Source of the DNA: a virus
DNA: 64,000 nucleotides
Reading direction: 5' to 3' (one strand)
IMG/VR virus record: IMGVR_UViG_3300045988_168563
Location: 28,530-92,529 of that record
Positions 24,556 through 34,607 of the stretch are shown piece after piece. The notes under the pieces were generated by a model. It ran no database searches and was not told the DNA's origin. It worked only from the letters and a program-made list of their open reading frames with translations. Position 1 is the stretch's first letter. Each line of letters begins with the position of its first letter. The position numbers and the translations under genes are program-made.

Positions 24556-26517
24556 ATGAGTTGCGGATGTAACAAGGAGGTATATAAGCGACCTGAGCGT
24601 GAGCCTAAGAAGGTCCACGTCGAACAGCTTTACAGGCGCATAGAGCAAACGCCTTGCTCGGTAGAGAGCAGGAAGCCTGTCTATCCTCAGACCGTCATGC
24701 AGGCTGTCTTTGATGGGTACACCGGCAAGCGTCTTGATCATGTGCTCACCATGGCCAACCATATCTATCTCCCTTGGCGAGGCTGCCTCAAGGATACCCT
24801 TAGGCAGATCCCTCGTGGCGTTCGTCGTCGCGGGCTCGTCATCACTATGGTAGATGGTGCAGGTCAGGTTATTACGAGGCAGTACACCGGCTCCTGCAGC
24901 GATGGCTGTAAGGAGATCACCAATCCTAAGCACTGGTCTCCCATCGGCGCAAACAAGGATACGTTCTACAAGCCCTACAACATCAGGATGCAGGGTCAGA
25001 ACCTCATCACTGAGTTCGTCGACGACCGCGGAAAGCTCCACGCTCTTCAGACGAAGATCGATGGGCTCTTCAGGTACGAGGTGAAGACCAGGGCATTCCT
25101 TGGCGCACCTGAGATGGCTGAGGAAGGAGTGATCTACCTTGTGCCTAACGATGATGCTCCCGGCACGTTCCGTGAGTTCATGAAGGTTAGCTACATGCGT
25201 AATGGTCAGCTCGTCCACAAGCTCGAGCAGTTTGGTAGTGCCTCAGGTATCTGCCAGCGACAGGGTGCTCCCGACAGGAGCCTCAAGAGCGTGGTCTATG
25301 AGAACGGTGAGCTTGTCTTCCGTGTAGGCCTTAGCCCTGAGATTGATACTGACGGATCCCTTGATGAGGTACTGCGTGTACCTTTTGCTGTTGAGAACGG
25401 CAATCTCGAAGCTCTGGAACGTAGGGTGAAGGTCCTTGAGAACAAGGAGGACAAGGATACGATCTTCAATCCTTCTTCTCTCCTCAAGACCATTGAGGAC
25501 CTGACTAACGAGTTGAAGGCTGTCAAGGCTAAGCAGGCAGAGCTTGAGCGCAAGCAGGATGTCTATGCCGTCTCTGGCGAGTGGGTCGATGACGACACCA
25601 TCAAGATCCAGAACAACAATGGTACCAGCTTCCTCATCTCCAAGAATGTCGTGCAGGAATGGCGTGAGCTTCCCGCTAAGACGACCTTCGATGCTCCTCT
25701 GCCTGTAGAATGGGACACAGCTACCGATCCTACGCTCTACGCTGATGAGTCAACTGTAGTGCGCACCGCTGTCCTCGGCAAGCGTGTCGTGGTTGAGGAA
25801 GAGCTGTACCGCAATGGTCAGCCTACCGGTACCAAGCGTACGAAGAGTGATGTCCATACCCCAGGTGTTGCAGAGATGCGCAGGCGTGGTGCTAAGAAGC
25901 GTCCTGTTGTCACGACGCAGACGATCGTAGAGAAGGAACCTATCCAGCCAGGACCTAATGGACCTGACCAGTACGACAACAACGCCTTCGAGGATGTCAT
26001 CGTCACTATCCAGCCTGTAGTCGGTGAGCGTCAGCGCAATGTCACCTACACGCTCATCGATGGTGTACGACAGGCTAATCCTCAGTATGGCGAGTGGACT
26101 GTCACCAAGCCAGCTAAGCCCGGTTACAGGGTCGTAGGTAGGAAGAAGAGGCCTGTAACTGAGACCTACACTACCTACCTCGGAAAGTACCCTCACAGGA
26201 GCGGTATCGGTGAGGAGGGGCACCCTATCACTGCAGCTGACATCAAGGCTCTGACGGCTACTGTCGCTTCCTCACCTGCAGAGGTGTTCAAGCAGATCAC
26301 TGTAGTGTCTAACGAGAACTCAAAGTTCTCTTATGCATATCCCAAGAGTCTGGGTGCTGTCACCAAGATCATCGATGGTTCGAATGATGATATCAGGGAG
26401 AACTTCGATGAGACCACGGTAAGCATTGATGGTGTTGACTACCTCGTCTACACCATCGCCGCACCATTCGGCTCCACGAGAAAGCGTCAAGAAATCCCAT
26501 TCACTTTTGTTAAGTAA
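24556..26517 (+). CDS. fibre-like structural protein with coiled coil and two internal repeats
   Basis: 653 aa. It has a coiled segment (LERRVKVLENKEDKD..ELKAVKAKQAELERKQ) and two ~70-aa repeats, each ending G(A/R)KKRPV (about 25750-26160). Confidence 0.65.
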   Translation: MSCGCNKEVYKRPEREPKKVHVEQLYRRIEQTPCSVESRKPVYPQTVMQAVFDGYTGKRLDHVLTMANHIYLPWRGCLKDTLRQIPRGVRRRGLVITMVDGAGQVITRQYTGSCSDGCKEITNPKHWSPIGANKDTFYKPYNIRMQGQNLITEFVDDRGKLHALQTKIDGLFRYEVKTRAFLGAPEMAEEGVIYLVPNDDAPGTFREFMKVSYMRNGQLVHKLEQFGSASGICQRQGAPDRSLKSVVYENGELVFRVGLSPEIDTDGSLDEVLRVPFAVENGNLEALERRVKVLENKEDKDTIFNPSSLLKTIEDLTNELKAVKAKQAELERKQDVYAVSGEWVDDDTIKIQNNNGTSFLISKNVVQEWRELPAKTTFDAPLPVEWDTATDPTLYADESTVVRTAVLGKRVVVEEELYRNGQPTGTKRTKSDVHTPGVAEMRRRGAKKRPVVTTQTIVEKEPIQPGPNGPDQYDNNAFEDVIVTIQPVVGERQRNVTYTLIDGVRQANPQYGEWTVTKPAKPGYRVVGRKKRPVTETYTTYLGKYPHRSGIGEEGHPITAADIKALTATVASSPAEVFKQITVVSNENSKFSYAYPKSLGAVTKIIDGSNDDIRENFDETTVSIDGVDYLVYTIAAPFGSTRKRQEIPFTFVK

Positions 26518-26522
26518 TAAAC

Positions 26523-27062
26523 ATGGCAAGTAATTTCAAGAACATAGCCATCACCTTTGGCTATGAAGGGGATCTCCCCAACTTCGAGCGCGACCAGTTC
26601 GCCACTCTGTCGGATATGAAGCAGGTCGTCGACACCATCGACGAGGGTCACATGTCCTTCTGTAAGGAAACGAAGAAGCACTATGTCTTCCACTCTTCCA
26701 ACACTCTCGATGCAACAACCGGTAAGTGGAGGGAGATCGCTGACCCTGCTGAGGTGGCTGCAAGCAAGCAGACTCTCGAGGCTCAGAAGACTAAGCTCCA
26801 GTCTATCGAGGGCACCGTCAACCAGCAGAAGCAGACCATTAGCCAGGCTAAGGGTAAGGCTGACGAGAACGCTGGCAAGATCGCTACCCTTGAGTCTACG
26901 ATCCAGCAGCTGCAGGCTAAGATCTCTCAGCTGGAGTCCGCTCCTGCACATGAGGATCAGATCACGTTTGTTGACTCGCTTGAAGCATACCAGGCTCTTA
27001 CTGAGGCTACGAGGAAGAAGAAGAATCATCTCTTCGTAATCGGTAAGGCACCAGAAGCATAA
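26523..27062 (+). CDS. coiled-coil fibre-associated protein candidate
   Basis: 179 aa with a long heptad-like segment QTLEAQKTKLQSIEGTVNQQKQTISQAKGKADENAGKIATLESTIQQLQAKISQLES. Confidence 0.6.
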   Translation: MASNFKNIAITFGYEGDLPNFERDQFATLSDMKQVVDTIDEGHMSFCKETKKHYVFHSSNTLDATTGKWREIADPAEVAASKQTLEAQKTKLQSIEGTVNQQKQTISQAKGKADENAGKIATLESTIQQLQAKISQLESAPAHEDQITFVDSLEAYQALTEATRKKKNHLFVIGKAPEA

Positions 27063-27067
27063 AGACC

Positions 27068-27676
27068 ATGAAGGTGAACGTAATCCTACTGTTGATAGCT
27101 ATCACGTTATCGGCGGTAGGGTACGCCTCCTTCCTCAGGAACGAAAACCAGAGACTTCGCATTGAGGAAGAGAGAGCGTATGGAAATCTTCGCGCAGAGA
27201 TAGCAGCATCAGATAGCTTGAAGAATCAGAGCAAGCTATACAAGATGACTATCGACGAGCTTGAGCAGAGAGGTGATAGCATCAGCATCGCTCTCCTCAA
27301 GACCAAGAAGGAGCTAAAGGTTAAGGATAAGGACTTGAAGGCTCTGGCTGAGTTCAGGTCTGCATTCTCGACTAAGGATACCTTGGTCCTGCGCGATACT
27401 ATATTTGCCCCTGGGGTCTCCTTAGATACTATCTTAGGAGATGAATGGTACAAGCTAAGGTTGGCGTTACGCTACCCAGATACTCTAAGAACGGACCTGT
27501 CGGTGCTATCAAAGAAGCACATCGTAGTACATACACGCAGGTTTATTCGCAAGCCATCGAAGATCTTCTTCATCCGTTGGTTCCAGAAAAGAAGCACGGA
27601 GGTCATCGTTGACGTTAAGGACTTGAACCCCTACATTAGTGAGGAAGGTAGTAGGTTCGTTGAGATTGTTAATTAA
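27068..27676 (+). CDS. N-terminally membrane-anchored coiled-coil protein (spanin/holin-accessory candidate)
   Basis: MKVNVILLLIAITLSAVGYASF signal-anchor, then a charged helical region. It lies two genes upstream of the lysin candidate. Confidence 0.45.
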   Translation: MKVNVILLLIAITLSAVGYASFLRNENQRLRIEEERAYGNLRAEIAASDSLKNQSKLYKMTIDELEQRGDSISIALLKTKKELKVKDKDLKALAEFRSAFSTKDTLVLRDTIFAPGVSLDTILGDEWYKLRLALRYPDTLRTDLSVLSKKHIVVHTRRFIRKPSKIFFIRWFQKRSTEVIVDVKDLNPYISEEGSRFVEIVN

Positions 27677-27678
27677 AG

Positions 27679-28032
27679 ATGCATGAGTTTATCGTTAGCA
27701 GTATTATCAGCATAGTCACCTCGACTATCAGTGCCTTCGTGACGTTCATCTTCACCAAGAAGAAGTACCAAGCGGAGACCGGAGCGATCGAGGTAGCTAA
27801 CATGAAGGAGAGCCTTGAATTCTATCAGACGCTCTCCGAAGACAACAAGAGGAGGCTTATAGCTCTCCTTGAGGAAAACGAGAAACAGCGTGAGAGCATC
27901 GAGAAGCAGCGCGAGGAGATCAGCAGGCAGAGGGAAGAGATCTCAGATCTCAAGGCTCAGATCGCCGAGCTAGCAAGCCTCGTGAAGGAAGCGACAAGGA
28001 ACGTCGATGCTAACGCGGATCAGATACCCTAA
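27679..28032 (+). CDS. single-TM coiled-coil protein (holin/spanin candidate)
   Basis: IVSSIISIVTSTISAFVTFIF transmembrane helix followed by a charged coiled coil (EKQRESIEKQREEISRQREEISDLKAQIAEL). Confidence 0.45.
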   Translation: MHEFIVSSIISIVTSTISAFVTFIFTKKKYQAETGAIEVANMKESLEFYQTLSEDNKRRLIALLEENEKQRESIEKQREEISRQREEISDLKAQIAELASLVKEATRNVDANADQIP

Positions 28033-28037
28033 GGCTT

Positions 28038-28472
28038 ATGAAGATTGAACTAAAGAGAGTAGCACTCAAAGAGACGTACACTATCGGTAAGCTATACATC
28101 GATGGTGTTTACTTCTGTGATACGCTAGAGGATAAGGTAAGGGACCTGAATGAGAATGGCAGGTTTGACAATGGCGAGCGTAAGGTCATGCATGAGACCG
28201 CCATCCCCTATGGCAAGTACAAGGTCGTTGTCAATATGTCCCCACACTTCGGTAAGGAACTTCCTCGTCTCCTCAATGTTCCCGATTTTGACGGCATTCT
28301 TATTCACGCAGGGAACAATAAAGGCCATACGTCTGGCTGTATCCTCGTAGGTAAGAATAAGGTCGTCGGTGGACTTGTAGACTCTAAGACCACGTCTGAG
28401 GCCCTCACAGCCCGCCTAAAGGCTTCTCAGCAAAAAGGTGAGGAAATATATATCTTTATCACGCGAGGCTAA
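28038..28472 (+). CDS. DUF5675-like protein; endolysin/cell-wall peptidase candidate
   Basis: YTIGKLYIDGVYFCDTLED..AIPYGKYKVVVNMSPHFGKELPRLLNVPDFDGILIHAGNNKGHTSGCILVG. The H..GN...T.GC signature (28305-28340) matches DUF5675 and resembles the YkuD-type His/Cys arrangement. Confidence 0.5.
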   Translation: MKIELKRVALKETYTIGKLYIDGVYFCDTLEDKVRDLNENGRFDNGERKVMHETAIPYGKYKVVVNMSPHFGKELPRLLNVPDFDGILIHAGNNKGHTSGCILVGKNKVVGGLVDSKTTSEALTARLKASQQKGEEIYIFITRG

Positions 28473-28517
28473 CAGAGCGCGTTTCTGAGCCTTGTAGTAC
28501 ATATTAAGAGAAAGAAC

Positions 28518-29696
28518 ATGAATCCAGAAGAATTTAGTCTTGCTTCATTTGGTCTTGAGGACGGTAGGTACGAAGAGCCTGCAGAACCCCAAGGTCTAGC
28601 AGATGTCAATTCAGGTGGGCCAGTAGGACTTCCTGATATCTTCCTCAGAGGCGAGCTCAGCGAGCCGACTCCAGAAGATGGCAATGCTGAACCTGAGCCT
28701 CAGGAAGAGCCTAAGCAAGGTGAAGAACCAGCTGTACCGCAGCCCGAAGAACCAGGCGTAGAACCCATCCATGAGGAAGAAGTCAAAGGTGATAACCTTG
28801 GCGGAGACGTGTACTCCGCATTTGCTCAGGACCTCGTAAAGGGAAACGTACTCAAGTTCATCGACCCCAAGGAGATTGGCGGAGAGCTTACCCCAGACCA
28901 ACTCTCAGACCTTATTGACCAGGAAGCGGCTAACCGCGCTGGCGATAAGGTTAAGCGTTTTGAGGAGGCTATGGCTGCAAACGTCACTGTCGATGAGTAC
29001 ACGCAGTACTCTAACATTATCGATACCCTGAGCAGTATCGACGAGGACCAGCTCACCAAGGAAAATGATGCGCAAGCTGAATCCACCCGACGTGAGCTTA
29101 TCTACATGTCATATATCAACAAGGGGTTCTCTGAGGAAAGGGCAAAGCGCGAGGTAGAAAAGTCTATCAATGCCGGCACAGATGTAGCCGACGCTGTCGA
29201 TGCCCTTCAAGACTGCAAGGACTTCTACGTGAGGTCTTATAACAACCTCCTTGCTCAGCGTGAAGCTGAGGCTAAGGAACAGCAGGCTCAGATCGAGATG
29301 CACGCACAGGCTCTCCGTTCAGCTGTGTTAGAAGATAACTCCTTCTATGAGACGCTTGGTGTAGATAACGCTATCCGTGATCTCGCATATAAGGCTCTCA
29401 CAGAACCAGCATATAAGGATAAGTCCACTGGACAGACGCTCACCGCACTAGAGTACGCCATGCAGAGTGACCCTGTGTCATTCTCTCGCAATGTAGGCGT
29501 GCTCTTTGCTCTGACGGATGGTTTCAAGGACTTGTCTAAGATCGGCCAAAAGGCAGTACAGAAGGAGGTCTCCTCAAAGATGTCTGCCTTGGAAGCAAAG
29601 CTACGCACGCCAGAGAGGCGTGGTAACTCGCAATTAGTCAGCAGTGGTGGGCCCATCGCACATCTGATAGATGGCACCCCTGTTAAAATCAGATAG
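28518..29696 (+). CDS. scaffolding protein candidate
   Basis: 392 aa with an acidic Pro/Glu-rich N-terminus (EPEPQEEPKQGEEPAVPQPEEPGVEPIHEEE) and then a long helical region. It lies immediately upstream of the capsid candidate. Positional inference. Confidence 0.4.
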   Translation: MNPEEFSLASFGLEDGRYEEPAEPQGLADVNSGGPVGLPDIFLRGELSEPTPEDGNAEPEPQEEPKQGEEPAVPQPEEPGVEPIHEEEVKGDNLGGDVYSAFAQDLVKGNVLKFIDPKEIGGELTPDQLSDLIDQEAANRAGDKVKRFEEAMAANVTVDEYTQYSNIIDTLSSIDEDQLTKENDAQAESTRRELIYMSYINKGFSEERAKREVEKSINAGTDVADAVDALQDCKDFYVRSYNNLLAQREAEAKEQQAQIEMHAQALRSAVLEDNSFYETLGVDNAIRDLAYKALTEPAYKDKSTGQTLTALEYAMQSDPVSFSRNVGVLFALTDGFKDLSKIGQKAVQKEVSSKMSALEAKLRTPERRGNSQLVSSGGPIAHLIDGTPVKIR

Positions 29697-29702
29697 TAAT
29701 AT

Positions 29703-31265
29703 ATGAGTAAGTTAATTCAGAATGGGCTCCAGCCCTTACAGGTAGCAAGGACCTCTGGGTGGACTGGTCTGACGACCGAGAACCACCTCGCATCCATCGG
29801 CTATCGCTCTCCCCAGCTTCTGGCGGACTTTATGGTTAACCTTGTGTCACGAAATTCAAAGGGTAGTAACCTCGAGGCTTTCCTGCGCAAGTTCCCCATC
29901 AAGTACGTAGAAACGACCAACGACTACGAGTGGGACGTCGTCGGCGGCTATAGGCGTAATATCCCTCTGATCCAGGCTCGCGACGAGAGCGGTGCTATCA
30001 TCGACGAAAACTACGGCAACGTCGGTCGCAACTTCTCTCCCTTCTACCTGGTCTTCCCCGAGGACTACTTCTTCAAGGGTGAGATCATCATGGGTGAGAA
30101 GAACGAAGTCTATCCTCTCCACATCCAGGATCACCCTGTCAACGAAGGCTCGCAGGTTGTCTACCGCGTAGTCCTCGCTAACGGTGATGAGAATGGTATC
30201 CCTGCAAGGGAGCTTCTGGAAGGCCGCAGATTCAGCTACTCTCACACGATCATCGAGAGTGAAATGTCTCGCAGCGTTGGCGGTATCCGCTTCGGTGAGG
30301 CTAACAGGATGCGCAACAACTTCACTAACATCCGTCTCGACTACAAGGTCGCTTCTGAGCGTTTCGTCAAGGAGAACAGCGGTATGATGTTCCTCTATCC
30401 TTTCATCGATCCCGACAACGGCAACAAGGTTGAGATCAAGGAAGCATGGGTACACTACACCGAGTGGCTTGCTGAAATCCAGTTCCGCGAAATGAAGGCT
30501 AACATGCTTGCCTATGGTCGCTCCACCAAGGGCGCTAACGGTGAGTTCACGCTCTTCGGTGCTTCCGGTAACAAGATCAAGACAGGTGCAGGTCTCTACG
30601 AGCAGATCTCCTACGGCAATCAGCACTACTACACGAAGTTCAACATCGAGATGTTCGAACGCGCACTGGTAGACTTCTCTGTCGACAACAAGGAGTTCGG
30701 CGAACGTAAGTATATCCTCCGTACCGGTGAGTATGGTGCTATCGCCTTCCACAAGGCTGTTTCTGACTCTGTCAAGGGCTGGGCTTATATCGGTGATGGT
30801 AACGCTCCCGCTGTCACGAGGACGAACAGTCCTTACCACGACAACGCTATGGCTGCAGGCTACCAGTTCACTGAGTACCGCGCTCCTAACGGCGTGACGA
30901 TCACTCTCGACATCGACAGCATGTACGATGACATCGTTCGTAACAAGATCTCTCACCCCCAGGGAGGTACGGCATTCTCTCACCGCTTCGACCTCTTCGA
31001 CTGCGGTACGACGGACAACCCCAACATCCAGCTTGTACAGCCTAAGGGTGCAGAAGAACACCGCTCTGTCATCGTGGGTACGACGAGGTACAATGTTGCA
31101 GGCACGCTGATGAGCCACGCTCTGAGCGCTTATGGTGGTGGTACCTACCAGCACTCTGCTAACGACGAGGATAGCGTACAGTTCACTCGCACCGCTACGA
31201 TGGGTGTATGTGTCCGTGACGCTTCGCGCGTAATGTCGTTCATCCCCTCGATCCTCAGGGACTAA
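29703..31265 (+). CDS. major capsid protein candidate
   Basis: 520-aa ORF after the scaffold-like gene. Very even codon usage produces a 432-aa stop-free antisense shadow ORF, typical of highly expressed genes. Size and position are compatible with an HK97-fold MCP. Not verified by homology. Confidence 0.55.
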   Translation: MSKLIQNGLQPLQVARTSGWTGLTTENHLASIGYRSPQLLADFMVNLVSRNSKGSNLEAFLRKFPIKYVETTNDYEWDVVGGYRRNIPLIQARDESGAIIDENYGNVGRNFSPFYLVFPEDYFFKGEIIMGEKNEVYPLHIQDHPVNEGSQVVYRVVLANGDENGIPARELLEGRRFSYSHTIIESEMSRSVGGIRFGEANRMRNNFTNIRLDYKVASERFVKENSGMMFLYPFIDPDNGNKVEIKEAWVHYTEWLAEIQFREMKANMLAYGRSTKGANGEFTLFGASGNKIKTGAGLYEQISYGNQHYYTKFNIEMFERALVDFSVDNKEFGERKYILRTGEYGAIAFHKAVSDSVKGWAYIGDGNAPAVTRTNSPYHDNAMAAGYQFTEYRAPNGVTITLDIDSMYDDIVRNKISHPQGGTAFSHRFDLFDCGTTDNPNIQLVQPKGAEEHRSVIVGTTRYNVAGTLMSHALSAYGGGTYQHSANDEDSVQFTRTATMGVCVRDASRVMSFIPSILRD

Positions 31266-31292
31266 GGCTAACTAAGAATACATAGAATAGAA

Positions 31293-32198
31293 ATGGCAAA
31301 GAAATCAACCAACATCGAAGAGTCCGTCCTCGTGAAGAACGAGGGCGGGTTCTCGCTACCTAATAGGAGGGTCAACGTCACGATGATCCCCAAGAAGACC
31401 CCACTGGTGACCAGCAAGAACCACGTTCTCGCTTCCGGTAGGGCTCCTGGTGCGACAGTGACGATCTGTGTACCTGTTAAGATCGATGGATCCTACGTGC
31501 AGGTTCTGACTGAGGAAGAGCAGGAATGTCTCGTTAAGCTGATGGGTCTTCCCAAGGATGCCCTCTCCAGCTACCTCAGGGTGAACAACTACTGGGATAA
31601 CTACTCTATCAAGCTCAATGCTGAGGATAAGTCTATTGACCTCAGCACGCCTGAGGGGTACATCGAGTACAAGGTCCTTGCAGCTAACAAGCATATCATT
31701 GCTACGTCGGCTGAGGAACACAGGAAGAACCCCGACTCTGAGCATCTGTACCTCCTGTCGTTTGAGGATGAGCGTGCTAAGCGCATTGAGGAAGAGGCAG
31801 ACCTCTCTATCAACGCTATCATGCTCCTCAATGGCATCAGGGATGACCGCGACACTATGCGTGCCGTTCTGGAGCGTCTCACAGGCGCTGCACTGTCCCT
31901 TAGGGTTGATAGGTCCTTCCTCCTCAACAAGCTGACTAAGGTCGCACAGGAGTCGCCTAAGCGCTTCATTGAGGTAGCAGGTAATGAGAACCTCGCTTCG
32001 ATGGTGGTCATCAAGAAGGCTGCAGCTCTCAAGCTCATCTTCAACAAGGGTGGTAAGTTCTATCGTTTGGACAACACACCCATTTGTAATGTAGATGAGG
32101 AGCCAACGCTGGAGAATGCATCAGCATATCTCTCGCGTCCTCAGAATCAGGAGGAGCTCCTGACTCTCAAGGCTAGTATTAAGGAAGCAGAAAAGTAG
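31293..32198 (+). CDS. virion structural protein candidate
   Basis: 301-aa ORF in the head gene cluster. No motif recognised. Confidence 0.65.
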   Translation: MAKKSTNIEESVLVKNEGGFSLPNRRVNVTMIPKKTPLVTSKNHVLASGRAPGATVTICVPVKIDGSYVQVLTEEEQECLVKLMGLPKDALSSYLRVNNYWDNYSIKLNAEDKSIDLSTPEGYIEYKVLAANKHIIATSAEEHRKNPDSEHLYLLSFEDERAKRIEEEADLSINAIMLLNGIRDDRDTMRAVLERLTGAALSLRVDRSFLLNKLTKVAQESPKRFIEVAGNENLASMVVIKKAAALKLIFNKGGKFYRLDNTPICNVDEEPTLENASAYLSRPQNQEELLTLKASIKEAEK

Positions 32199-32201
32199 AC
32201 C

Positions 32202-32858
32202 ATGACGGTACAGGAGCTCTCTCACGAGTTTGATCTTCTATACAACAACCTGTCGAGCAACAGCGCTCCAGGTCTTACTGAGTATGAGAAGAGTCGCCTC
32301 CTGACAACAGCACAGGAACAGGTCCTCTCCGCTATCATCGGCGGGGAGGATCTCCCTGGTCTGGACGGCTCCGATGAGAACAGGTCTCGTCTGCACACTC
32401 TCCTCAAGGACTATGAAGCTGTAGCATCTGTCACGACCACGACTAGGGAGCTGAAAGGCATCCAGGGCGTGACAAGCTATTCTAGGTTCTTTGCCACACC
32501 AGAGGATATGATACAGCCTCTCTATGAGTACGTCAGTGGTGTAGGTGGTTGCGCTATCACAGTCGCACCAGTAAGCCACGACAAGATCGCTAAGAGGCTT
32601 GTCAATCCCTTCTCAGGTCCTACCATCCAGCCACTGCGCCTTATGGCAGGTGACATGGTAGAGATCATCTACAAGAGGGATTTCTCTGGCTACTCTATGC
32701 GTTATCTTCGCATACCAAAGCCAATCATCTTGGAGGATATCCAGGATGGGCTCACAATAAATGGAGAGACGAAGGCTCGCACTAGTGAGCTCAATCCGTA
32801 CCTCCACCGGTCTATCGTTTTACAGGCCGTGCAACTAGCACGTGCCGCATGGAAATAA
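32202..32858 (+). CDS. head-completion/connector candidate (position only)
   Basis: 218-aa ORF, 3 nt after the previous stop. No motif recognised. Confidence 0.6.
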   Translation: MTVQELSHEFDLLYNNLSSNSAPGLTEYEKSRLLTTAQEQVLSAIIGGEDLPGLDGSDENRSRLHTLLKDYEAVASVTTTTRELKGIQGVTSYSRFFATPEDMIQPLYEYVSGVGGCAITVAPVSHDKIAKRLVNPFSGPTIQPLRLMAGDMVEIIYKRDFSGYSMRYLRIPKPIILEDIQDGLTINGETKARTSELNPYLHRSIVLQAVQLARAAWK

Positions 32859-32864
32859 TTATTT

Positions 32865-33929
32865 ATGGGTTACAAGGTTAATCAGGTGCGACAGGTATAT
32901 GTCGCAAATAAGGTTGAGCTGGCCACTGGCTTTGGTCCTAGTGATCATCTCCCCGAAAAGGGCGACCTCGGTGAGGCTAGGCTGTTCATCAATGACGAGG
33001 GCGGCTACATGTACTTCGAGTATCGCACGCACAATGGTGTTGTCCGCACTGACGAGATTCCTCTGGCGAGCATCAACAAGATCCGCCTCACGAAGAAGGA
33101 ACAGCTCCGTCATCACAAGGATTGCTACAAGATCACGATCCCCGCTACGTCTACGGTAGAAAAGCAGAATGTCGACATCTATGTTGACATCTTCGGCGTT
33201 TACACGAACACGCAGCTGAACAAGATCACTGAGTCTATCAACTTCGACTACGATGGTAGCTTCAACCTCGACAAGGATAACTTCCTTCTCGCTGTTCTTG
33301 ATCTCGCTAAGAGGCTGTATCAGATTCGTGAGAACGCCGTTCAGGTCTTCATCGACACTGCAGGCACGGAGGACACGATCGGTACTCTTGTAGAGGTCAA
33401 GCACGATATGACGTTCGACCAGCTCAAGGCTGCCGCTACTAACATCAACGGTCTTATCCTCAAGGAAAATCAGACGTTCTTCTACAACCCCGCTCACTCG
33501 GCTCCCACGTATAGGCTGAGCTTTAAGCCTCGTGTCATGATGACTGGTGCATCAGACAACACGAACATCGTCTGCAAGCGCGTCAAGCTCGACTACACGA
33601 ATGCTGACAACTACGAGATCAATGGTCCTGTAGTAGCAGACATGGAACGCTTCCACTTCGGATTCCGTGGTGATGAGTACCAGGGTCTTGGTCAGGGTTA
33701 CAAGCTCCCTGTGGGTATGGTAGCTGATCCTACGCAGGAGTACGACGCTCTGGATATCCACTACGCTCACCTCGGTTCTGGTACTCAGACCTTCCGCAGT
33801 GAGAAGGATATCACGCTCTACGGCAAGTACGACGAGCTGAAGGCTCTTCTTGATGGTAAGTTCAAGGACGCTATCAAGAAGGAGCTTCATCCTGCCAAGG
33901 ATGGTGTCGCCATTCTTGACGAATGCTAA
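32865..33929 (+). CDS. abundant virion protein candidate (auxiliary capsid or tail component)
   Basis: 354-aa ORF with a long antisense shadow ORF. It is followed by the strongest plus-strand terminator in the late operon (33949-33987). Confidence 0.6.
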   Translation: MGYKVNQVRQVYVANKVELATGFGPSDHLPEKGDLGEARLFINDEGGYMYFEYRTHNGVVRTDEIPLASINKIRLTKKEQLRHHKDCYKITIPATSTVEKQNVDIYVDIFGVYTNTQLNKITESINFDYDGSFNLDKDNFLLAVLDLAKRLYQIRENAVQVFIDTAGTEDTIGTLVEVKHDMTFDQLKAAATNINGLILKENQTFFYNPAHSAPTYRLSFKPRVMMTGASDNTNIVCKRVKLDYTNADNYEINGPVVADMERFHFGFRGDEYQGLGQGYKLPVGMVADPTQEYDALDIHYAHLGSGTQTFRSEKDITLYGKYDELKALLDGKFKDAIKKELHPAKDGVAILDEC

Positions 33930-33948
33930 CCAACCTCATGTAGAATCT

Positions 33949-33987
33949 GGGGGTCATCTACACCTGTAGGTGGCCCCCTTATTTCTT
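33949..33987 (+). terminator. intrinsic terminator after gene 32865..33929
   Basis: GGGGGTCATCTACA-CC-TGTAGGTGGCCCCC (14 bp, two G.U) followed by TTATTTCTT. Confidence 0.7.
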
Positions 33988-33995
33988 AAATACAA

Positions 33996-34607
33996 ATGAT
34001 CGAGATCAATGAATTGCTGGTAGACACCAGGGTAAATAAACTAATCATCGACATCAGCGTATCCTCACTATGCTACTACGACAACATGTGGTTGAGGAAG
34101 GTCAAGGTCACTGTTGGGGATAAGGTCAAGCATGAGCAGGATATCTCTGCCATCCCTAAGGATATTGCTACAGCTAACCTATGCCGTGAGTTCTGTGGTG
34201 TCCTCCCTACTGAGTCTGAGATGGCTCATAACGACCTGAGGAGGAAGAGAGCACGTCTTGAGCTTAGACTGGACAAGATCAACGCTAATGCCACTGATCT
34301 CTTCCTCATTGACGTAGAGCTTGCTGGTGCACCTATGGAGAGCACGCCTTGTGGTCTAGACAAGAACAAGTTCCAGCTTATCACCTACGATGAAGGGATC
34401 TTCTATCGTCGCTTGAGGAAGAGCATAGGTGCTGGTGAGGAAGGTAAGTATAACAAGTCGGCTGTCATTGACACCATCCTCCTCATGGAGGGTATGCGCG
34501 CTGCAGTACGTTGTGGCGATGTCAATGCAGCTAACCGCTTCTGGGCCCTGACTGGTGAACCTGTGGCTGAGGAGAAGAAGAAATGTAGTAGCTGCAATGA
34601 CCGATAG
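33996..34607 (+). CDS. hypothetical virion protein
   Basis: 203-aa ORF, the first gene after terminator 33949-33987. Confidence 0.65.
   Translation: MIEINELLVDTRVNKLIIDISVSSLCYYDNMWLRKVKVTVGDKVKHEQDISAIPKDIATANLCREFCGVLPTESEMAHNDLRRKRARLELRLDKINANATDLFLIDVELAGAPMESTPCGLDKNKFQLITYDEGIFYRRLRKSIGAGEEGKYNKSAVIDTILLMEGMRAAVRCGDVNAANRFWALTGEPVAEEKKKCSSCNDR

Noticed and set aside
29856-31154. 432-aa minus-strand ORF antisense to the capsid candidate. Similar long antisense ORFs occur at 32859..33497, 24547..25218, 22888..23397 and 11597..12013.
   Set aside because: These are shadow ORFs. They lie entirely inside longer sense ORFs that fit the operon structure. Their translations are low-complexity or Val/Asp/Leu-rich mirror images, and none has independent start or terminator signals.
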